A DNA stretch of 64,000 nucleotides from Pedobacter sp. (GTDB lineage: Bacteria; Desulfobacterota; Desulfuromonadia; Desulfuromonadales; Syntrophotaleaceae): assembly GCA_050253415.1 (NCBI GenBank), contig JBFWJC010000002.1:576725-640724 (forward strand), in the 5' to 3' direction. Positions 58,431-64,000 of the stretch are shown piece by piece. The position numbers and the translations under genes were made by a program. Within the stretch, counting starts at the first letter, position 1; every line of letters begins with the position of its first letter. Under the pieces are notes generated by a model that saw only the letters and a list, made by a program, of their open reading frames with translations, did not search any database and was not told the origin of the DNA.

Positions 58431-59813
58431 TCATGCTTCATCGACCACCCTTTGCAGTGATTTGATCATCTCTCCTTTTATACGCTGCCGGTAAATTTTT
58501 TCTCTGATAAAGGGAATTTTCACCAGCAACAGCAATAGCCCGTTTTTCAGCCGGATGCGCCAGTTTCGGTGTGGGAAGTCGTAGCCGTGATACTTTTTGA
58601 AAAAACGGTGGTCGGCCACGAAAGGGAAGCGCAGTCGTCCCCAGATTTCGTCACGCAGCAGTTTGCTGCCGGCCACCCCGAGAAAGGTTCTCGGTTTCAT
58701 GTAATTCTGCTCACTGAGGAGAATCAATTGTTGCGCCAGGTGATCGAGTCGCACCTCCAGCGGTATGGACGCGACGCTTTCGTCACCGACAATCCCCACC
58801 ATGTTGGCCTGCATCATTTCGAAATAGCCCTCGAGAATCTCCCGCAAGTGCCCATTGCAGCTTAAGGGCCCGGCCACAATAATGCCCACCTGCTTATTTC
58901 GTACTGTCGGCGTGTGGCCCATGAAAAAGGTACGGTCAAAAAAACTCTTCCAGCGGGCTGACAGATAGCGATCCTTTATGGTGCCGGCATAGATCAGTAT
59001 GTCGGCGGTCATTACCTTGTCGCGATAAAAAGGGATAAAGTCATCGAGGTCTTCCAGCGGGCAACGGTTATCGTAGCCGCATTGAATACAGCCCAGACAA
59101 CTGCTCTTGATGCACAGCTCATTCAGGTTGACGACCTCGGCTTGATTGCCGAAACTTGCCTGGAGCCGCGCGACCATTTTGGCCTGATTATCCTCGGGAT
59201 TTACCGCGTCCGTGATAATGAGGATGGTGCGGCCATTGGTATCGAGTAGTGTCGGATGGGTGGTCGGTGTATAGGGCGGTGGAGGTGTGATTGCCGGTTG
59301 CGGAGTCGGGAACGTCGGCCCATGCTGGGCAATGGTTCGGAACACATTTTCACCAAAGGTCAACAGCTGGCGACGCTGTTCCTCGATGAGCAGATCCTGC
59401 ATATCGGCCGAAAACCCATCGATAAAACGCATCTGCAGGTCGTCGCATATCGCTCGTATATACTGCAGGGCCGTGTGGTCGTAGAAGTGCACCGAAGTTG
59501 CTATGGCCAGAGTGTATTTATCCTTGAATGCGGTGGTCGCCTGCTTCTCCCAAATGAGCTCGATAAAGCGCTTCAAATGGGCATGGACCAGCAGATAGTA
59601 GAGAGGCGTTCCCCAGAGGATACCATCAGCCGCGGCGATGCATTCGATGATCTCTTCAAACAGTTGTGGATTGCCTTCGATATGCTGAATATCCCGGGCG
59701 ATATGCAGGATGTGAAATTCGTGCTGCGGGAACTTTTTGCCGAGAAAGCGGACATACTGCATGGTGATGCTCTGCTCACCTTTTGGGCTGCCGTTCAATA
59801 CGACGATTTTCAT
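58431..59813 (-). CDS. Tandem flavodoxin-fold NAD(P)H-dependent oxidoreductase / iron-sulfur flavoprotein
   Basis: LNGSPKG N-terminal domain; second domain with CLGCIQC..C. Confidence 0.8.
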   Translation of the reverse strand: MKIVVLNGSPKGEQSITMQYVRFLGKKFPQHEFHILHIARDIQHIEGNPQLFEEIIECIAAADGILWGTPLYYLLVHAHLKRFIELIWEKQATTAFKDKYTLAIATSVHFYDHTALQYIRAICDDLQMRFIDGFSADMQDLLIEEQRRQLLTFGENVFRTIAQHGPTFPTPQPAITPPPPYTPTTHPTLLDTNGRTILIITDAVNPEDNQAKMVARLQASFGNQAEVVNLNELCIKSSCLGCIQCGYDNRCPLEDLDDFIPFYRDKVMTADILIYAGTIKDRYLSARWKSFFDRTFFMGHTPTVRNKQVGIIVAGPLSCNGHLREILEGYFEMMQANMVGIVGDESVASIPLEVRLDHLAQQLILLSEQNYMKPRTFLGVAGSKLLRDEIWGRLRFPFVADHRFFKKYHGYDFPHRNWRIRLKNGLLLLLVKIPFIREKIYRQRIKGEMIKSLQRVVDEA

Positions 59814-60191
59814 CGGATCCTCCCTGTTGCGATGCTGCGTGTTTCGCTTGCCGTATGGAGCCCGCCGAATATATCACTTTGTAATTATTATCAAAAATAT
59901 CTTTTTGGGCTGTTTTCGTACGCGGTTGTCGTGCTGTCGTTGGCAACCCTGCACCTGCAAATGCGCGGAGGAATGTCGGGATGGGGAACGGGTATTTTGC
60001 AGGTGGGGGCGAATAATGAAACCTTGGTGGACATGGAATGTGCGGATATTTATGACTCTATCCACAGCAGCTGTGTAAAACTCCCCGCACAACTCTGGAA
60101 ATGGAGGCGGTGGTGCTTGATTTTTCGAAGGAATCACCTGTTTGCCTATTGTTTAGACACCCGGGGAAAAGGTGAATATTCCCCGGCTCTG

Positions 60192-62204
60192 TTAAAAAAT
60201 CATGCTACAGGTTGCTCCGATGAGATGGGCGCTGTAGTTGTCCGATCCGTCGCTCGCATTGTCGTCGTAATTGTAGAAGCCGTAGCGCAGCTTGACGGAC
60301 AGGTTATCGGTAATTCGCCGGGTCAGGCTGGCAAGTACGGCATGACGTTGATTTTCAACCCCCAAAGGTAAACCGGTGCTGGCAATATTCTCGAAATTTT
60401 CCGCCAGACTGAAAGAGTATTGGATGTTGAGGTTGGTGCGAGCATCCAATGCCATTCCGGCGCTGGCCGCCAGTGACAGGACATCGCCGTTATATGAAAC
60501 GACCGTATTATCGCCCACATTGACGGTTTCAAGTCTCACATCCTGGTAGGAGACCAAACCGGTGAGAAAGAGGCCGGCCAAGGGTGTTGCAGTAAGACTG
60601 GCGGTGTAGATGCTGGAGTCGTAGTTGGTTGTCTGTACGGAACTGGTCGGATCCGTATCCTCGTCGGTATCGATATTCATGGTCGTGAACAGGTACTTCA
60701 GGGAAGCCCGGATGCGCGATACCGGCCGAAAGGAGACTTTGGCCATCACCGTGTGGGTGGTGAAGTCCTGGTCGAGGATAAAAGCGGAATAACTGTCCGT
60801 ATTGTCCCGCTCATGATCGTAATCGTTGGACCGATAGCTGAAGCGGTAGCGGGCAGCGACCGTGGTTCGGGGCAGCGGAGAGCTGTTGAAGCCGATGCTG
60901 TAACGTTGGCGCCTCACCTGCGTGTCGGTATCCCGGTCCAGCTCCAGGGCCCCGTCCTCCAGTTCCGTTTCGGTAAGGTTGATGTCCTGTTGCGTCCAGC
61001 GGCCTTCCGCGTAAACGGTGGTGCGGGGCAGACCGGTATAACGGATCCCGAGCGTTTCCTCGATACCCACCTTGTTTTCCTCGCTGTCACTGATGGCCGA
61101 TGGGGACTCCAGGGTCCCAACGTCGTCAACAACCTCGGTCAGTATGGCATCGGTATCCCCATGTTTGTCCAGCTTCTCTCCCTGCAGGCCGAGGTAGATG
61201 GTGGTCTTATGGAAGGGGCCGAAGGTGGCATTGATGTTGGCAATGTGCACATCCTGATCGATGTCAATGACATTGGATAGCCAGTGCTTGTCACGGTTTT
61301 CATTTCCCGGCAGGGTTGCCATGCGAAATGAGGCGTCGCCTTCCAGGGTGGTGAAGAGATAGCCCAGAGCGAGAAAGGTTTTTTCGTTCAGATGGGTCGA
61401 CGCATGGAATGTGTTGTACAAAGCATCGTGCTCATAGTCCTCATTGACGGTTACCGTCTCGGTGGCGGTAGGATCGCCGATTTCGATCGCCTTTTCGTGA
61501 CGCCTGGTATCGATACGATAGCTCTCATAGCGGAACTCATCGCCTAGCTGGATATTGGCGATCTCATGGCTGATCTCCAGTCTCACTACATCCGTTTTTT
61601 CGTCGATCTCCTTGAACGAGGGGAAGATCAGCCTCTGCGTACCTCCTTCACTGACTCCACCCCATTCAAGCAAGGATTTTTCTCCGTCCTTGAAGCGGTG
61701 TTCATAGCCGACGATGAGCTTCGGGCGGTTGGGCAGGGTCAGGCCTGCTTCGATGAAAGCGTTACCGATATCCAGGTGCATATCCTTACCCAGGTCGAAG
61801 GATGACTCGCTGAAGGAATTAAAGAATCCGCCCGTGTCGTCGAAGTACTTGCGGTACTCCTTGTAACCGGCGTGCACATATCCGATATCCTGCCGGTCGA
61901 CATGCAGGTCGAGGCGGTAGTTTTCTTCGGGTACGATGGCACGTCCCTGCACCTCGATAGTTGTCTTATTGCCCAGTTGGCGGCGCAGGCTGAAGTTGTC
62001 TATTCCGCCGGTCACCCCATCCTCCAGCCAACTGTCCTCGCGAAATTTGTTGTCATCGCCATCCACAAAGATGCCGCTGAGCGAGGGAGAGATTGTGATG
62101 GCTCCGGTTGTCGAATCATCGTTTTCTGCTGCCCGAAGTTCTCCGCCCGACACAGCCAGGGAGGAAATAAAGGCCAGCACGATACCGAACAGAATGGGTT
62201 TCAT
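60192..62204 (-). CDS. Large outer-membrane beta-barrel, MtrB/PioB-like
   Basis: Signal peptide, 670 aa of amphipathic beta-strands, terminal Phe, KFRED motif near the N-terminus; immediately downstream of a multiheme cytochrome. Confidence 0.8.
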   Translation of the reverse strand: MKPILFGIVLAFISSLAVSGGELRAAENDDSTTGAITISPSLSGIFVDGDDNKFREDSWLEDGVTGGIDNFSLRRQLGNKTTIEVQGRAIVPEENYRLDLHVDRQDIGYVHAGYKEYRKYFDDTGGFFNSFSESSFDLGKDMHLDIGNAFIEAGLTLPNRPKLIVGYEHRFKDGEKSLLEWGGVSEGGTQRLIFPSFKEIDEKTDVVRLEISHEIANIQLGDEFRYESYRIDTRRHEKAIEIGDPTATETVTVNEDYEHDALYNTFHASTHLNEKTFLALGYLFTTLEGDASFRMATLPGNENRDKHWLSNVIDIDQDVHIANINATFGPFHKTTIYLGLQGEKLDKHGDTDAILTEVVDDVGTLESPSAISDSEENKVGIEETLGIRYTGLPRTTVYAEGRWTQQDINLTETELEDGALELDRDTDTQVRRQRYSIGFNSSPLPRTTVAARYRFSYRSNDYDHERDNTDSYSAFILDQDFTTHTVMAKVSFRPVSRIRASLKYLFTTMNIDTDEDTDPTSSVQTTNYDSSIYTASLTATPLAGLFLTGLVSYQDVRLETVNVGDNTVVSYNGDVLSLAASAGMALDARTNLNIQYSFSLAENFENIASTGLPLGVENQRHAVLASLTRRITDNLSVKLRYGFYNYDDNASDGSDNYSAHLIGATCSMIF

Positions 62205-62219
62205 GGCGGTCCTCCTCTG

Positions 62220-63005
62220 TTAGTAACGCAGATGGGAGTTCATGTTGGAGCCATGAACGGCGGTGTGACAGCCAGCGCTCCAACAGGTGCCCCGACGAAG
62301 TCGAGAGGCATGGTTCGATCCCCCCAGTTCTGCATTATCCGCCGCCGTAATCTGCGCATGACAACGCAGGCACAGATTGGCATCGCTGGCGACTAGCAAT
62401 TTGTCGTTAATGGAGCCGTGCTGATTGTGGCAGGTTGTGCAGCCTTCCCGCAGCGCTTCGTGCTCGAAGACAAAAGGCCTTCCCTGATCCTGATGGCATT
62501 GACTACAGGGAGCATTGTCCTGGCCGACCATCTGATTGCCGGGCAGCATGATGTTCTGGCCGTGAGGGCTGTGGCAGTCGATACACCCGACCCCCTGCTC
62601 AGCAAGAGGATGATGGTACTGTAGACTGCGATAACCCTCGATCTCCGGATGACATTGGTAGCAGGTTGCGGGGTCCTTGCCGGGGTTGATGATGTGTTGG
62701 CCCCGGCCACCGCCGGCGGCCATGTGAAGGCTGCCGGCACCGTGGCAGGATTCGCAGCCAAGCACTTCCTTCCCATCAGGCAGCGTCACTGTGAGTTTGG
62801 CGTGCCTGGCGTATTTGAAATTCTTTACCGTCTCGGGATGGCACAAGGCACAGCTTTCCATGCCGATATATTCCGCTCCCGGCACGGTGGCGGGAGGTGG
62901 AATCTCACCACTTTTCATGGAGGGACAGGCAAGCAGCAGCAGGGGCACCAGGCCGGCGAGGGCCAGGCCAAACATTCTTTTTGAGAAGATTTTAGATTTT
63001 TTCAC
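62220..63005 (-). CDS. Lipoprotein multiheme cytochrome c (MtrA/DmsE-like), 7 CxxCH plus 1 CX4CH
   Basis: LLAC lipobox; CALCH, CESCH, CYQCH, CIDCH, CSQCH, CTTCH, CLRCH, CWSAGCH; GTG start after AAGGAGG. Confidence 0.92.
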   Translation of the reverse strand: MKKSKIFSKRMFGLALAGLVPLLLLACPSMKSGEIPPPATVPGAEYIGMESCALCHPETVKNFKYARHAKLTVTLPDGKEVLGCESCHGAGSLHMAAGGGRGQHIINPGKDPATCYQCHPEIEGYRSLQYHHPLAEQGVGCIDCHSPHGQNIMLPGNQMVGQDNAPCSQCHQDQGRPFVFEHEALREGCTTCHNQHGSINDKLLVASDANLCLRCHAQITAADNAELGGSNHASRLRRGTCWSAGCHTAVHGSNMNSHLRY

Positions 63006-63113
63006 TGCTTGCCTCCTTTATGAATGAATCTGTAACGGCTGTTTTAAAGCCATTTCAAACTGTAGGGTCCAAGGGTGTTCGTAATACCGCACTTGCTACG
63101 GTTTTGGAGACAA

Positions 63114-64000
63114 TCACGGTGCGCCGGCGTGACAAAGAGTACAGGGGAGTCCTCCGGGAATATCCCCGCCCGGATGAGCGAACGGTAAGCCTGCCAGGTT
63201 GCTGGTGGCCGGTGCTTTGCCCAAGGCCTGGGAAATGATGGTGTGGCAGGCATTGCAGTCGTTGGAGATGGTTTTCCCTGTGGCGCTCACATGCTCTCCA
63301 TCATGACAGCGAAAACACCCTGGCCAGTTGCGGTGACCGATATTGTCGGGGCGTACTTGCCAGGTCGTTTTCATCTCAGGAAAAAAATTGTTGCGATAAA
63401 TGTTCTGTGCTTCCGCAACCGCCTGGCGGATTTTTGCTTGATCTGCGTAATCCGGATATTTGGCGGAAATTAACTCGTCGATCTGTCTCAGTCCTTCGGC
63501 CCGCGATCCTGCCCCGGAACTCTGCACAAGGGCTGTGGCCGCATTGCGCTTAATGGCAGGGATGGCAGCATCGACGCGGTTAAGCCAGAGGGCGATATCC
63601 AGGGCATCGTTGGGGGATTGAAATATGTGGGTCGGGCGATTGTGGCAGTCGATGCAGTCCATGCGCCGTGGTCCCGGGGGCTTCGATCCTCTCGTTGCAG
63701 CGCTGTCAGCCGTTTGGTAGATCGTGACCTCGCCGGTAGCGCGGGTGGCGCGCACCCAGGGGATGGTTTGCCGGCTTTTATCGGTCGGCTGGTATTCGAT
63801 GTCATTGCCGACGGCCATGTGCCAGTGAATCCCTCCCACGGGGCCATGCAGCGGATTGGCGCCACCGACCTTGATCATCATCCGGATGTCAAAGGGTGTA
63901 TTGTCCGTATCGGACAGATAGTGCCGACGCAGCAGTTCCGTGGAGCCGTAGAACTTTTCCGGCCAGTGGCACTGTTCGCAGGTTTCCCGGGCCGGCCGCA
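63114..64000 (-). CDS. Multiheme cytochrome c, ImcH/NapC-NirT-associated type; 5' part outside the window
   Basis: Open frame from the window edge: RPARETCEQCHWPEKF..GIHWH..DCIDCHNRPTH..GCFRCH..CNACH..CTLCH (5 heme motifs visible). Confidence 0.8.
   Translation of the reverse strand, partial: RPARETCEQCHWPEKFYGSTELLRRHYLSDTDNTPFDIRMMIKVGGANPLHGPVGGIHWHMAVGNDIEYQPTDKSRQTIPWVRATRATGEVTIYQTADSAATRGSKPPGPRRMDCIDCHNRPTHIFQSPNDALDIALWLNRVDAAIPAIKRNAATALVQSSGAGSRAEGLRQIDELISAKYPDYADQAKIRQAVAEAQNIYRNNFFPEMKTTWQVRPDNIGHRNWPGCFRCHDGEHVSATGKTISNDCNACHTIISQALGKAPATSNLAGLPFAHPGGDIPGGLPCTLCHAGAP

Noticed and set aside
59256..60371. 371-aa plus-strand ORF
   Set aside because: Overlaps two convincing minus-strand genes and has no motifs or RBS

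Overview
This is a 64-kb chromosomal segment, most likely from a Desulfuromonadales deltaproteobacterium (Pelobacter/Syntrophotalea-like; inferred from gene content such as an HgtR-like repressor, multiheme cytochromes and sigma54 promoters). The housekeeping backbone includes epmA-efp, mscL, acpH, hrpB, folD, nhaA, ileS-lspA and an aconitase-like gene. Three accessory modules stand out. (1) At 9.6-19.5 kb is a microcompartment-free glycyl-radical diol dehydratase locus: an uncharacterised membrane protein, the glycyl radical enzyme (GRE), its activase, a porin, two NarL-type regulators and a cytoplasmic PocR-PAS kinase, with related operator-like sequences ahead of two transcription units. 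(2) At 19.6-24.6 kb is a six-gene cytoplasmic signalling operon I cannot assign to a described pathway: FIST sensor, DUF4388-like-Roadblock fusion, two V4R-like proteins, ParA ATPase and a Roadblock-like partner. (3) At 60.2-64 kb is a truncated inner-membrane-type multiheme cytochrome, a lipoprotein multiheme cytochrome and an MtrB-like barrel, a candidate trans-envelope electron conduit. The window also holds an (AGTGACA)10 tandem repeat in the folD leader, nonamer-based inverted-repeat elements flanking a rhomboid gene, and several proteins with altered catalytic or signalling motifs. I recognised no rRNA, tRNA, CRISPR array or transposase. Family assignments come from motif recognition only; no database searches were run.
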